Position numbers and translations under genes: made by a program. A stretch of DNA of 64,000 bases from a bacterium (GTDB taxonomy: Bacteria > Fidelibacterota > Fidelibacteria > Fidelibacterales > Fidelibacteraceae). Under the pieces are notes generated by a model. The model was not told where the DNA came from, ran no database searches, and saw only the letters and a list, made by a program, of their open reading frames with translations. Position 1 is the stretch's first letter. Each line of letters opens with the position of its first letter. Shown here in pieces: positions 26,669 through 36,845 of the stretch. The DNA lies in NCBI GenBank assembly GCA_963676395.1, contig OY781066.1, forward strand, positions 1,248,001 to 1,312,000, in the 5' to 3' direction.

Positions 26669-29104
26669 ATGACCGACTTGCAGACAAACAACAAATGGCT
26701 TAAACCACTGATCATTACCTTGGCTTTTCTTTTGCCCTTACTCTACTTTTTTTCACCCATGATCTTTCAAGGTGAGCGACCGGAAGGCATTGATATTTCA
26801 GCTTCCAAAGGGAATACACATTTATATGTAGAATATCAAAAAGATAGCGGAGAAAAAGTATTATGGAATCCTAATATATTTTCGGGTATGCCCATATACC
26901 CACGGATCACTCCGACAGTTATACATGTTGACAGCTTTATTTCTCTGCTTGGTAAACTTATATACTCTTATTTTTGGTATTATCTTCTAGGCGGTTTGGG
27001 CGTTTTCTTTTTACTTCGCTATAGACAAATTCCTTGGTACATAGCCTTGATACCGGCTATTGCTTATATGTTATTGCCTCATTGGATGGCCTTGCTGCAT
27101 GTGGGACACTTTGCAAAACTGCGCGCATTTATGGCAATGCCTTGGTTTATCTTAAGTTTTAATTATCTTTTTGATAAACGTTCATGGATGTCAGTTGGTT
27201 TATTTGCCTTGGCTTTTTCCTGGTTGGTTAGAACCCAACACGTCCAAGTAACCTTTTATGGGATTTTGATCCTGCTGTTTGTTTTTCTTGTTCCTGCCGT
27301 GAGGATGCTTGTTGATAAGAAAAGCAAAGAATTTTTGAGTTTTGCTATGAAATTGGCCGTTGGTATCGTTCTTACCATTGCCGTTTCATCACAACCTTTT
27401 ATTTCACTACAAGAGTATACACCTCATTCAACCCGTGGCGGCAATGCTGTTCAGATGGAAGAGCATCAACTCAGTGCTTCCGAGAATAAAGGTGCCGGTT
27501 TGGATTACGCAACACAATGGTCGTTAGATGCTAAGGGTATTGCCTCGTTTGTTATTCCTCATTTTGCCGGCGGTTTATCACTAGAACCTTATTCGGGTAG
27601 TAAGTATCCCCACTTGAAAGGAAGAGACATCCCCGGGTATTGGGGAAAAATGCCCTTTACCCAAAGCTATGATTTTGTTGGTATTTTGATTCTGATCTTT
27701 GCTTTATATGGAATTTGGGCATATTGGAAAAAGGATGCTTTTGTCAGGGGGCTTAGTGTATTCTCCGGCTTTGCCTTATTGCTTGGTTTAGGGCGCCACT
27801 TTATGCCTTTGTATAAATTGTTTTTTAATGTTGTCCCTTATTTTAACAAGTTTCGCGTTCCTTCTATGATCATGAATATGATCTTTTTGGCTTTGATTAT
27901 TCTTGCTGCCTATGGTATAAAAGCTTTGATCGAAAAAGCCACTAACAAAGAATGGAAAGAGATCGCTATTTTGTTTGGTTCTGCCTTTGGTGTGCTTGCT
28001 TTGATTTATTTGGTCAGCGGTAGTTTTGCATATGAAAAAAACGGTGAACTTGCCCGTTATGGTGTACAAACCATGAATATGATTAAAGGCATTAGAAAAG
28101 AAATGTTGCAGGCTGATCTTGTTAAGGCCATGTTGCTGGTACTCGCAGGAGGTGGTGTTCTTCTTCTTCATGCTTTCCGCAAGATCAAGGTTTCATTTAC
28201 CTATGTTTTAATCGCATTGCTCGTTTCTCTGGAACTTTTTTCAGTTAGTAACCGGGCTTATAAAAATATTCCCCTTGGTAACCCCGTCAGTTTGGAAAGA
28301 AGAGAATTTCGCCAGTCGGATATTACTCGTTATCTTGCAAAACAAAATAAAGACTCAAGAGCGTTTGCATTAGGTAAGGATAGTAACCACTATTCATATT
28401 TTTATCCGACAATTTCGGGTTATTCCGCGATCAAGTTGCAAACAATTCAAGATTTAAGAGAACATTGCTTATATAAAGATGGAAAACTTAATTGGAATGT
28501 TGTCAATATGTTAGGTGGAAAATATATTATTGTTCCAGGCCGTTATCCCGATGCCAGACTTCAGGTTGTTGCAAGTGATGAAGGCAGGGGGGAGATTTTG
28601 TATGAGAACAATTCGGCTTTTCCTAAAGTCTGGCTGGTAGAAAAAACAAAAAGTTTTGATTCGAATGCTGAAATATTGCAATACATGAATACGGCAGAAT
28701 TCAAACCAAAGAATGAAGTGTTATTGTTGAATTCGGGTCAGCAAAGTTATTCGGCCGAAGGCCAGATAAAATTAACATTAAACACTCCCAATAGACTGGA
28801 ATTTGATGTTTCACTAAGCGAAGCTCAATTTGCGGTTTTTTCAGAAATGTATTATCCGGAAGGTTGGAAATTGTTTAAGGGAGAGGAAAAACTAGAGATC
28901 GTTCAAAGTAATTATGCGCTTCGAGGAGCAGAACTACCGGCGGGTGAATATACCTTGGTTATGACCTTTAGCCCTAGATCATATCATGTTGGTATGGGTG
29001 TTGTTTGGATCGCAGATGCTATTATGATCGTTTTAATCTTTGGCTCGATCTTTTTGAATCGTGATAGGCTCTTTAATAGGAAAAAGAAGACGGAAAATGA
29101 ATAA
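26669..29104 (+). CDS. YfhO-family GT-C membrane glycosyltransferase
   Basis: LWNPNIFSGMP, STRGG, YATQWS, YWGKMPFT, KFRVP; about 12 TMs; SEMYYPEGW...NYALRG...G.Y tail. Confidence 0.85.
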   Translation: MTDLQTNNKWLKPLIITLAFLLPLLYFFSPMIFQGERPEGIDISASKGNTHLYVEYQKDSGEKVLWNPNIFSGMPIYPRITPTVIHVDSFISLLGKLIYSYFWYYLLGGLGVFFLLRYRQIPWYIALIPAIAYMLLPHWMALLHVGHFAKLRAFMAMPWFILSFNYLFDKRSWMSVGLFALAFSWLVRTQHVQVTFYGILILLFVFLVPAVRMLVDKKSKEFLSFAMKLAVGIVLTIAVSSQPFISLQEYTPHSTRGGNAVQMEEHQLSASENKGAGLDYATQWSLDAKGIASFVIPHFAGGLSLEPYSGSKYPHLKGRDIPGYWGKMPFTQSYDFVGILILIFALYGIWAYWKKDAFVRGLSVFSGFALLLGLGRHFMPLYKLFFNVVPYFNKFRVPSMIMNMIFLALIILAAYGIKALIEKATNKEWKEIAILFGSAFGVLALIYLVSGSFAYEKNGELARYGVQTMNMIKGIRKEMLQADLVKAMLLVLAGGGVLLLHAFRKIKVSFTYVLIALLVSLELFSVSNRAYKNIPLGNPVSLERREFRQSDITRYLAKQNKDSRAFALGKDSNHYSYFYPTISGYSAIKLQTIQDLREHCLYKDGKLNWNVVNMLGGKYIIVPGRYPDARLQVVASDEGRGEILYENNSAFPKVWLVEKTKSFDSNAEILQYMNTAEFKPKNEVLLLNSGQQSYSAEGQIKLTLNTPNRLEFDVSLSEAQFAVFSEMYYPEGWKLFKGEEKLEIVQSNYALRGAELPAGEYTLVMTFSPRSYHVGMGVVWIADAIMIVLIFGSIFLNRDRLFNRKKKTENE

Positions 29105-30041
29105 AGAATCATTAATTCGGGATCTGAAAAAGCTGGGTGTTAAACCCGGTGATCTTTTATATATAAAGGCCTCCATGCGCTCTATAGGAAAAGTGGATGG
29201 GGGTGTGGAAGCTTTTATTGAAGCGGTTTTAGATGTTATCGGTAAAGAGGGTACTTTGGTCGTATCTTCTTTTGTAAAAGTTTACCCGCTTTCATATCTT
29301 AAAAAACATCCTGAGATCGTTAATGATCTCAACACGCATTCTTATGCGGGTGCTGTTGCCAATGTGATCATGAAAATGCCTGATGTTGTGTTTAGTCGTC
29401 ATCCTGTACAAAAGTTTGCCGCTATCGGCCGGCAAGCCGAAGAGCTTATGCTTGCGCATACTGAGAATTCTTATGCTTATGACCCACTCAGACGTATGTC
29501 GGAAATTGGTGGTAAGGGTTTGATTCTTGGTAAAGATGTGATCGGTGTTGGTACGACTCATGTCGCGGTTGGACTCTTGGGATATCAGCAAAAAAGACCC
29601 AAAGTAGGTGTCCGTTTTAAAAATGATAACGGTGAAGTTAAGATATTTTCTCTAGATTGGGCTGGAATGTGCTCAACAAGTATTTATAATATGGTTCCGG
29701 AATACGCTAGAGTCCCCGGGGCCGTGATCTCGGAAGCAAAAGTTGGCAATGCTGATACGAAACTCACAGATATGAAAAAGACGCTTGAGATAGAATTAGA
29801 TTTATTGGGAAATGATCAAAAATATATGGATTGCGGAGATAAAAATTGTTTTCAATGTCAATTGAGTTGGGATTTCTCAAAAGGATCTCCATGGACATAT
29901 TTTTTTAGAAATCTTATTCATTTTAACAAAAAGAATTTAAAACAATTTCTCAATGCATATATAAAGGGTTCAAAACAACCTAAAGAACCATTAAAGGATC
30001 TTAGGTTTATGGGTAAATCGTACCATAAACCTCAAGGATAA
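29097..30041 (+). CDS. AAC(3)/Antibiotic_NAT family N-acyltransferase
   Basis: LKKLGVKPGD...ASMRSIG.V.GG, GTLVV, SRHP...FAAIG, TTH. Confidence 0.8.
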   Translation: MNKESLIRDLKKLGVKPGDLLYIKASMRSIGKVDGGVEAFIEAVLDVIGKEGTLVVSSFVKVYPLSYLKKHPEIVNDLNTHSYAGAVANVIMKMPDVVFSRHPVQKFAAIGRQAEELMLAHTENSYAYDPLRRMSEIGGKGLILGKDVIGVGTTHVAVGLLGYQQKRPKVGVRFKNDNGEVKIFSLDWAGMCSTSIYNMVPEYARVPGAVISEAKVGNADTKLTDMKKTLEIELDLLGNDQKYMDCGDKNCFQCQLSWDFSKGSPWTYFFRNLIHFNKKNLKQFLNAYIKGSKQPKEPLKDLRFMGKSYHKPQG

Positions 30042-30082
30042 TAAGGTCAACCTGGATAAACGAATAAATTGTTAGATTTATT

Positions 30083-31411
30083 GTGAACTTTAAGCTTACT
30101 CAAAATCAACTTGATTATGTACTGTTTCATCTTGCATTTGTATTTGAAATTGATTCCTCATTGCGGGAGAAAATCATATATGGATCTGATGAAAAGGGAA
30201 AAATATCTTTTCTACAGAATGATAAAAAATTTGACATAAAGAAGCTATTGTGGAAGGATAATACTCCAATCCTGTTTCCGGGAAATGCAGAGGCGCCTTT
30301 CTATACATTAGAACAAGGTTCCTTGGTGTTTCATCACGATCTTTTAAGATCGGCCTTTTATCTTTTAAGCGGTAAACAAGAATATGATTCAGCCAAGAAA
30401 GATAAGATCGGACGCTTTTCTTATGAATTTTCAATTCAAAAGAAACTAAATATTATTTACCGTCCGGTGGTGAATGAATATTTTGATATCATTGCAAAGG
30501 CTGTTGAAGAATATTGTTTGTTTCATAAGCTTCCTTTTAAACGAAAGCGGTTTTCGGAGAATTTTATTTTCTTTTTGACCCACGATGTGGATCGGGTAGA
30601 TAAATATCATTTTGCAACCGTAAAAAACAAATTTAAAAAAGCCGGTCTATTAAAGGGTTTAATTTGGCTTTGGCGTTGGTTTAACCCATTCTATAGACAT
30701 AATCCTTATTGGTCATTTGATTATTTGAAAAAAACAGAAAAAGACCGAGGTTTTTTATCGACTTATTATTTTTTAAATAAAGATGTCAAACATATCGATA
30801 GTTATTATCGCTTTAAAGACAAGCGTATTAGAGACTTGATGGAGACACTGTTTTTAAGTGGTCATGACATTGGCTTGCACGGTGGCATCAAGACATATAA
30901 TTCTGTAGATCTCATTAAGAAAAATAAAGTAGAACTTGAGCGAGCTTCCGGTAAAACACTGCTAGGAAACAGGCAGCATTGGCTTATGTTTGAGACTCCG
31001 CTTACTATGAAGTGTTTATCGGAAAATGATTTTAGGTATGATACAAGCCTGGGTTTTGCCGAGCACGAAGGCTTTCGTAATTCTTATTGCTTGCCATTTA
31101 AGCTTTATGATTTTGAACAAGATCGCATGATCGATGTGTGGGAATTCCCTTTAATGGTGATGGACACAACTTTGTTCAATTATAGAAAATTAGATTTTAA
31201 TTCTGCAATAGAGGTGGTAAAAGTGATCATTGATGAAGTGGAAAAATATCACGGTATGTTTACTTTGCTTGTTCATCCGGATGCGGTAGATGAAGAAGAA
31301 AGGCCCGGGATTAGAGCCTATTATGAAAGATTATTGGATGAATTTAAGTCCAAAAATGTCGATAATTTGACCGGTGAACAATTATTAGATCTTATGGGAG
31401 AGTTGTTGTGA
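30083..31411 (+). CDS. Polysaccharide deacetylase family protein
   Basis: LTHDVD, IGLHG, RQHWL, YDTSLG and GFR motifs. Confidence 0.85.
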   Translation: MNFKLTQNQLDYVLFHLAFVFEIDSSLREKIIYGSDEKGKISFLQNDKKFDIKKLLWKDNTPILFPGNAEAPFYTLEQGSLVFHHDLLRSAFYLLSGKQEYDSAKKDKIGRFSYEFSIQKKLNIIYRPVVNEYFDIIAKAVEEYCLFHKLPFKRKRFSENFIFFLTHDVDRVDKYHFATVKNKFKKAGLLKGLIWLWRWFNPFYRHNPYWSFDYLKKTEKDRGFLSTYYFLNKDVKHIDSYYRFKDKRIRDLMETLFLSGHDIGLHGGIKTYNSVDLIKKNKVELERASGKTLLGNRQHWLMFETPLTMKCLSENDFRYDTSLGFAEHEGFRNSYCLPFKLYDFEQDRMIDVWEFPLMVMDTTLFNYRKLDFNSAIEVVKVIIDEVEKYHGMFTLLVHPDAVDEEERPGIRAYYERLLDEFKSKNVDNLTGEQLLDLMGELL

Positions 31412-33036
31412 TCATTCATTGCAAGAATCATCATATAGATTTTACTGATTTTAATCATGCCGGTAATGATATCCATGTCCATGTTAGAGGTTATATAATT
31501 CATCATGATAAAATGTTTTTTGGCCATGAATGTGTTTCTTTTGTTTATGAGGATTATTTAACAAAAAACTTTGTACAACGAGTTGAAAAATATAATGGTT
31601 GTTGGCAAGTGATTATTGTTGATAAGGCAAAGAATATATTAACACTCATTAATGACAGGTGGGGTACTTACCCTCTATATCTAAATAAAAGTGATAAAGA
31701 GCTTTTTATATCAGATCAATGGAAAGAACTATTACCGTTTTGCGGTAAAGAAATGGATAAACAAAGTTCATTTGAGATGGCAGCGTTCGGTTATGTTATG
31801 GGGGATAGAACACTTTTAGAGCATGTGAAAGATCTTCCCCCACATGTTGTCTTTGAGTTTGACTTGTCAAAGGGAGATATTAATTCTAAGAAATATGATT
31901 ATTGGCATTTACGTTACAAATATAATAAAGCAAATGAGAAGAAAAAAGAGAGAGAATTTGCTGACTTGTGGAATCGCCAACTTAAAATTTATGCTGAGGG
32001 TATAAAGCGTATTGGCAATACTTGTTACATCCCTATGTCCGGTGGCTTAGATAGCCGCTTATTGGCTTCCAGTATGGATCGAAATAAAATTCAAGTAGAG
32101 GCCATGACATTTGGTGCCGGGGCGTCATACGGAGAAATTGAAGCTGCAAACAACGTGATGTCGAAGCTGCATTATAAGGGGGAACACTATAAACAATTTC
32201 TTGATCAAGATAAATTAGAAGAGTTAGCTGCTTCCGATGATTATCCCGATAGATTAACTTGCGGGTATTTTGGTCAGATGTATTTGAATTTTTACACAAA
32301 GATTCGGGAACGTTGTTCAGTAATTATGCCTGGTTATAGTGGTGATTTTACCGGAGGAAGTTTAATTAGAAGCAGGATGCTGTCCTGGAAAAGTAATAAT
32401 GATGCAATTGATTATATTTTATCTCAAAGATCAGCCCCCATGGTTAAGGTGATGTATGGAGATGAAAAATACAGATCATATATTGAGGAGGCCATTGAAT
32501 CAAGTTTTCCTAATGAGGATGATGTTATTTCAAATTATGTTCGCTGGTTTTTGGAAAACGATATTAGAAGATATTTAATCCGTTCGGTGATCATGAATCA
32601 TAAAGATGGCGGATATGTGGTCTTGCCGTTTTTTGATTATGAGCTAATAGATTTTTTTCTGGAATTGCCTGTGAAATTATTGGTTAATAAACGGCTTTAT
32701 GTAAATACTCAAATCAAGTATCTTTACAAAGATTATCCGGGTTTGTTAAAAGTTCATAGAGCAAAACCCAAAGAGCCTATAAAAAAGATCAGAGGTGTAA
32801 AGTTCTACGAGTATTCGACTAAAGCGAAAAATATGATCAAGAAGTATTTTTCAAAACCCGAGATGACTACCCAATGGGATAATGATATTGACTGGTATAA
32901 AATATATGGTAATATGGAACTGCCCGCCTGGATGGATAAAGCCTTGATCTTTCATCCTAAACTTCAAGAAAAGCCCACATATATAAAATATTTTGATGCA
33001 GTAGCCTTTGTATATAAGGAGCTGATGAATGCTTAG
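31408..33036 (+). CDS. Asparagine synthetase-like amidotransferase / amide ligase
   Basis: NDRWG.YPLY, PMSGGLDSR PP-loop, PFFDYELIDF. Confidence 0.8.
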   Translation: MIIHCKNHHIDFTDFNHAGNDIHVHVRGYIIHHDKMFFGHECVSFVYEDYLTKNFVQRVEKYNGCWQVIIVDKAKNILTLINDRWGTYPLYLNKSDKELFISDQWKELLPFCGKEMDKQSSFEMAAFGYVMGDRTLLEHVKDLPPHVVFEFDLSKGDINSKKYDYWHLRYKYNKANEKKKEREFADLWNRQLKIYAEGIKRIGNTCYIPMSGGLDSRLLASSMDRNKIQVEAMTFGAGASYGEIEAANNVMSKLHYKGEHYKQFLDQDKLEELAASDDYPDRLTCGYFGQMYLNFYTKIRERCSVIMPGYSGDFTGGSLIRSRMLSWKSNNDAIDYILSQRSAPMVKVMYGDEKYRSYIEEAIESSFPNEDDVISNYVRWFLENDIRRYLIRSVIMNHKDGGYVVLPFFDYELIDFFLELPVKLLVNKRLYVNTQIKYLYKDYPGLLKVHRAKPKEPIKKIRGVKFYEYSTKAKNMIKKYFSKPEMTTQWDNDIDWYKIYGNMELPAWMDKALIFHPKLQEKPTYIKYFDAVAFVYKELMNA

Positions 33037-34153
33037 ATTTGCGATCTTGGGAGATTTTGTTCAAACTCCTGAATTTAAAATAGACCCTCAATTGCTTAAA
33101 ATCTTGCAATCAACCGATTTTAATATCGCAAATTTAGAAGCTCCCTTTATTTCCGATAACGATAAACCGGCTAATGGACAATCCGGGTTGTATCAAAAAG
33201 TAAGTGATTGTCAATTATTACACGATTTGAATGTCCAATGTGTAAGTTTGGCTAATAATCATATATGTGATTTTGGCCTAGATGGTCTTTTACGTACACA
33301 AAAGATACTTGATGATAATGGTATTAAATATTTTGGTGCGGGGAAAAGTTCAAAAGAAGCAAGCGCTGCGGCAGTATTGGAAAAGAAGGGGGTCAGCATT
33401 TCGTGTCGTGGTTTTATGAGTCGGTATTTAACCCGCTTTCATGCTGAAGAAAGTTTTGGCTCTGTGGACACTGACCTTGAAACTATGTTAAAATCTCTTT
33501 GCAATGATACAGCAGATATAAAGATCGTTTATAATCATTGGAATCAGGAATTTGAGGATTATCCTGAGCCGATCTATAAAGAAAATGCCGAGGATCTATG
33601 TACACGAGCAGATGTTGTTGCCGGTAGTCATTCTCATTGTATGCAAGGTGTTCAATCCGTAAATGGAAGGCCTGTATTTCATAGTCTGGGTAATTTTTCA
33701 TTACCGAATATTTCATATTATCAGTGTGAGGTATCACCGTATCGTCCAAAATCATATTGGTCTTTTTTTCCGCTTTTTACCTTTGATGGGAAGAGGCTAC
33801 ATTATGAGATCATACCATTTAGTATAAGTGCTAATGGTGCGGAACTGTCCATAGCGGATGAAGATACACAAAAGAAAATCGTTGAAAAAATTCATAAAAT
33901 ATCTTTGCCTTTATCATTCGACAAAAAAAACTATCTAAAATTTTACCGGAAACATAGAGAACGAAAGATGCGTAAACCACTGACGCGTGATCACAAAAAG
34001 AATTTACATCTCTTAAAAAGCTATCGCATGCGTTATAAGGTATTTCATGGATTAGAAAAAGGGTTGGCAAACACCTTAGATCACCTTGGCTTGCGCAAAA
34101 CGGTTAAGCGTTTATTTAAACCACTTGTAGAACACGTACAAAAGAGAAAGTAA
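33029..34153 (+). CDS. CapA-family metallophosphoesterase
   Basis: GD, NLE, LANNH, HW, GSHSH and SLGNF motifs. Confidence 0.85.
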   Translation: MLRFAILGDFVQTPEFKIDPQLLKILQSTDFNIANLEAPFISDNDKPANGQSGLYQKVSDCQLLHDLNVQCVSLANNHICDFGLDGLLRTQKILDDNGIKYFGAGKSSKEASAAAVLEKKGVSISCRGFMSRYLTRFHAEESFGSVDTDLETMLKSLCNDTADIKIVYNHWNQEFEDYPEPIYKENAEDLCTRADVVAGSHSHCMQGVQSVNGRPVFHSLGNFSLPNISYYQCEVSPYRPKSYWSFFPLFTFDGKRLHYEIIPFSISANGAELSIADEDTQKKIVEKIHKISLPLSFDKKNYLKFYRKHRERKMRKPLTRDHKKNLHLLKSYRMRYKVFHGLEKGLANTLDHLGLRKTVKRLFKPLVEHVQKRK

Positions 34154-35655
34154 TGCTGGATCAAGTAAAAAAAACAGTAAAACATTCAATTATATACAGT
34201 ATAGGGAATGCCGCAAATAAATTGGTCGGTTTTGTTTTGCTTCCGCTTTATACCTCAACTTTTTCCGTGGCAGTTTATGGTATTATCGCACTTTTTGATA
34301 CTATCTCAGATTTTCTACTTACATTTTCATCCTTTGGGATCGTTGAGGCACTTAAGCGGTGGTATTGGGACAAGGATGCCGAAACAAAACAGAAATCCAT
34401 GTTCTTTACGGTCATGTTGTTTTCTATTATCTCGGTAATAATATTTCTGGCAATTTGTTATTTGCTTCTTGCCAAATATTCAGTACAAATATTTGATGTT
34501 GAGATCACGCGACGCACGATATGGCTGTTTCTTGGCTCTGTGTTAACGAATGTGTTGCTACAACGTATGTTGATTCTTTTGCGAATACAGCAAAAAGCGC
34601 TTCAAAATATGGTCTTTAGCATTGTGAAGTTAGCGTTTGTTTTAAGTTCAACCATCTATTTTATCACTGTTTTAAACTGGGGAATGGATTCGGTATTTAT
34701 TTCTCGTTTGATAGGCCAAACCATTACACTACTTGTTTTGCTCCCATTGTTTGTGAAGAATTGTCAGGTAAAGATTGAGTTTAAATTACTTAAGGATATG
34801 CTATCGTACTCATGGCCCCTGGCTTTATCTACATCGTTGGGATTGATTTTAACCCTCAGTGATAAATGGTTGCTTAAGGGGATGGGGTCATTGGATATCG
34901 TCGGTAATTATTCTTTAGCCTTTAAAATATCCAACATTATTAAGTTGTTGGTTGTTCAATCATTTGCACAGGCCTATGTTTATATATATTTCAGGCAAAT
35001 GAATAACGAAAAGAACTATCGCTTTTTTTCAAAATCATTGACTTATTTTTCGTTTTTACTTGTTTTTCTTGGTTTGGCAATTGTATTGTTTTCAAAAGAG
35101 ATCATTGTGTTGTTGGCACAAAACTCCGATTACTATGACTCGTTTAAAATTTTACCATTCTTGATTTTATCTGTATCGTTTGCGGGATTACGGCAAATGT
35201 TGGTATTACCTTTGAATAAATACAAGAAAACAAAGATCATATCTGTTGTTACGGTTGGTGCCGGAATTTTAAATATTGGATTAAATATTTTGTTTATTCC
35301 CTTGCTTGGAGGTGTTGGCGCGGCAATATCAACCGCTTTTGCACAATTGCTTGTTGTGTTAGCATACTTTATTATGAATCGAAGATTTTCAGATTATAAT
35401 TATGAGTTGCTAAAGATTCTTGTTCTATTTTCTCTGGGAAGTGCATTGGCTTTTGCAGGTATGCAGTTACAGAGTATGGAATTAGCATGGAGAATTGTTA
35501 TTAAGCTGATAATGTTATTGTTGTTTCCTGTTATTTTGCGTTTTTTGGGCTTTTACGAAGAGTTAGAATTAATACGTATGAAGCAAAGTTGGCAAAAATG
35601 GCGGAATCCTACTCGCTGGAAAGAAAACTTTAAAGATATTAATTTGAAGAGGTAA
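34153..35655 (+). CDS. Wzx-like oligosaccharide flippase
   Basis: About 14 TM segments; GFVLLPLYT and YSLAFKI motifs of the MOP/Wzx family. Confidence 0.88.
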   Translation: MLDQVKKTVKHSIIYSIGNAANKLVGFVLLPLYTSTFSVAVYGIIALFDTISDFLLTFSSFGIVEALKRWYWDKDAETKQKSMFFTVMLFSIISVIIFLAICYLLLAKYSVQIFDVEITRRTIWLFLGSVLTNVLLQRMLILLRIQQKALQNMVFSIVKLAFVLSSTIYFITVLNWGMDSVFISRLIGQTITLLVLLPLFVKNCQVKIEFKLLKDMLSYSWPLALSTSLGLILTLSDKWLLKGMGSLDIVGNYSLAFKISNIIKLLVVQSFAQAYVYIYFRQMNNEKNYRFFSKSLTYFSFLLVFLGLAIVLFSKEIIVLLAQNSDYYDSFKILPFLILSVSFAGLRQMLVLPLNKYKKTKIISVVTVGAGILNIGLNILFIPLLGGVGAAISTAFAQLLVVLAYFIMNRRFSDYNYELLKILVLFSLGSALAFAGMQLQSMELAWRIVIKLIMLLLFPVILRFLGFYEELELIRMKQSWQKWRNPTRWKENFKDINLKR

Positions 35656-35657
35656 GC

Positions 35658-36845
35658 GTGAAGATTTTAATGGTTCTGGAAAGACAATTTCCTTTTGATG
35701 AGCGAGTAGAAAAAGAAGCGACCTCTTTAATTGAAAAAGGATATGATGTTGAGATATTAAGCTTTAACTATGACGGACTTCCAAAGAATGAGGTTGTCTC
35801 GGGCATTAATGTTTTTCGTTTTAAAATTTCACGCAAAGCCTATAACAAACTCAGTCCAACACACAGAGTGCTCCCATTTTACTATTGGAAGTGGAAAAAA
35901 GCATTAAAAGCTCATATGAAAGATCGTCAGGTGGATGTTATTCATATACATGATTTGCCTCTGGCAAATTTAGGTAGTTGGGCAAAACGGAAATGGGGTC
36001 TGAAGCTGGTTTTGGATCAGCACGAGCTGTGGAGTGAAACGGTAAAGCATTATAGACACTACAATACTATTGTTGGCAAGTTCGTACGCGCTTTCAGTTG
36101 CTGGACTAGGTATGAAAAGAAACAATTTAAGCATGCTGATAAGATCATAACCGTTGAAGAGCCTATAAAACAGTGGTATCTTGACCACACATCATCTCTC
36201 GGTAAAGATATTATTGTTGTACCCAATACACCCCTAAAAAAACAGATAGACGATATTGTATTTAAAGAGCGAGAAGATAAGGATTCCTTTGTGTTGTATT
36301 ATGCCGGTAAGATCGATCACAATCGCTATATAGATACGGTTGTCAAAGCGCTTCCCGAACTTTCTAAAAGGATACCGGAAATAAAATTTAACATTGCCGG
36401 GAATATTGCAAAAGCATGCGACCCAAGGATTTGGGCAAAAGAAAATAATGTTGAAGAATACGTGAATTATCTTGGGCAGCTTTCATATAAAGATATGATG
36501 CAACAGATGCATGATGCTGACATTTGTGTTTCGCTGTTACCATCATATAGTGAAGAGTTAAATCGTACAATCGTAACAAAAATTTATCAATATGTTCAAT
36601 TGAAAAAACCTATGTTGGTTAGCAGAACAGATTATATCCGTGAATTTGTGCGTAAGCATGAAATTGGTTCTGTTGTAAATGAAACTGATCCTGAAAGTAT
36701 TATTAATGAAGTATATGCATTGTATGACAACAAAGATAAAATGAAAAAATATTCAGATAATTGTGAAAAAATAAAGAATGAACTGGTGTGGGAAAAAACA
36801 GTTAACTCCTTAATAAAGATGTATCAAGAAATGGGAATATCATGA
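35658..36845 (+). CDS. GT4 glycosyltransferase
   Basis: MKILM...DERVEKEA, IHIHDLP, KIYQY; GT-B fold. Confidence 0.88.
   Translation: MKILMVLERQFPFDERVEKEATSLIEKGYDVEILSFNYDGLPKNEVVSGINVFRFKISRKAYNKLSPTHRVLPFYYWKWKKALKAHMKDRQVDVIHIHDLPLANLGSWAKRKWGLKLVLDQHELWSETVKHYRHYNTIVGKFVRAFSCWTRYEKKQFKHADKIITVEEPIKQWYLDHTSSLGKDIIVVPNTPLKKQIDDIVFKEREDKDSFVLYYAGKIDHNRYIDTVVKALPELSKRIPEIKFNIAGNIAKACDPRIWAKENNVEEYVNYLGQLSYKDMMQQMHDADICVSLLPSYSEELNRTIVTKIYQYVQLKKPMLVSRTDYIREFVRKHEIGSVVNETDPESIINEVYALYDNKDKMKKYSDNCEKIKNELVWEKTVNSLIKMYQEMGIS

Noticed and set aside
33029..34153. Poly-gamma-glutamate capsule operon
   Set aside because: capB and capC are absent, and the CapA-family gene is embedded in a glycan locus.
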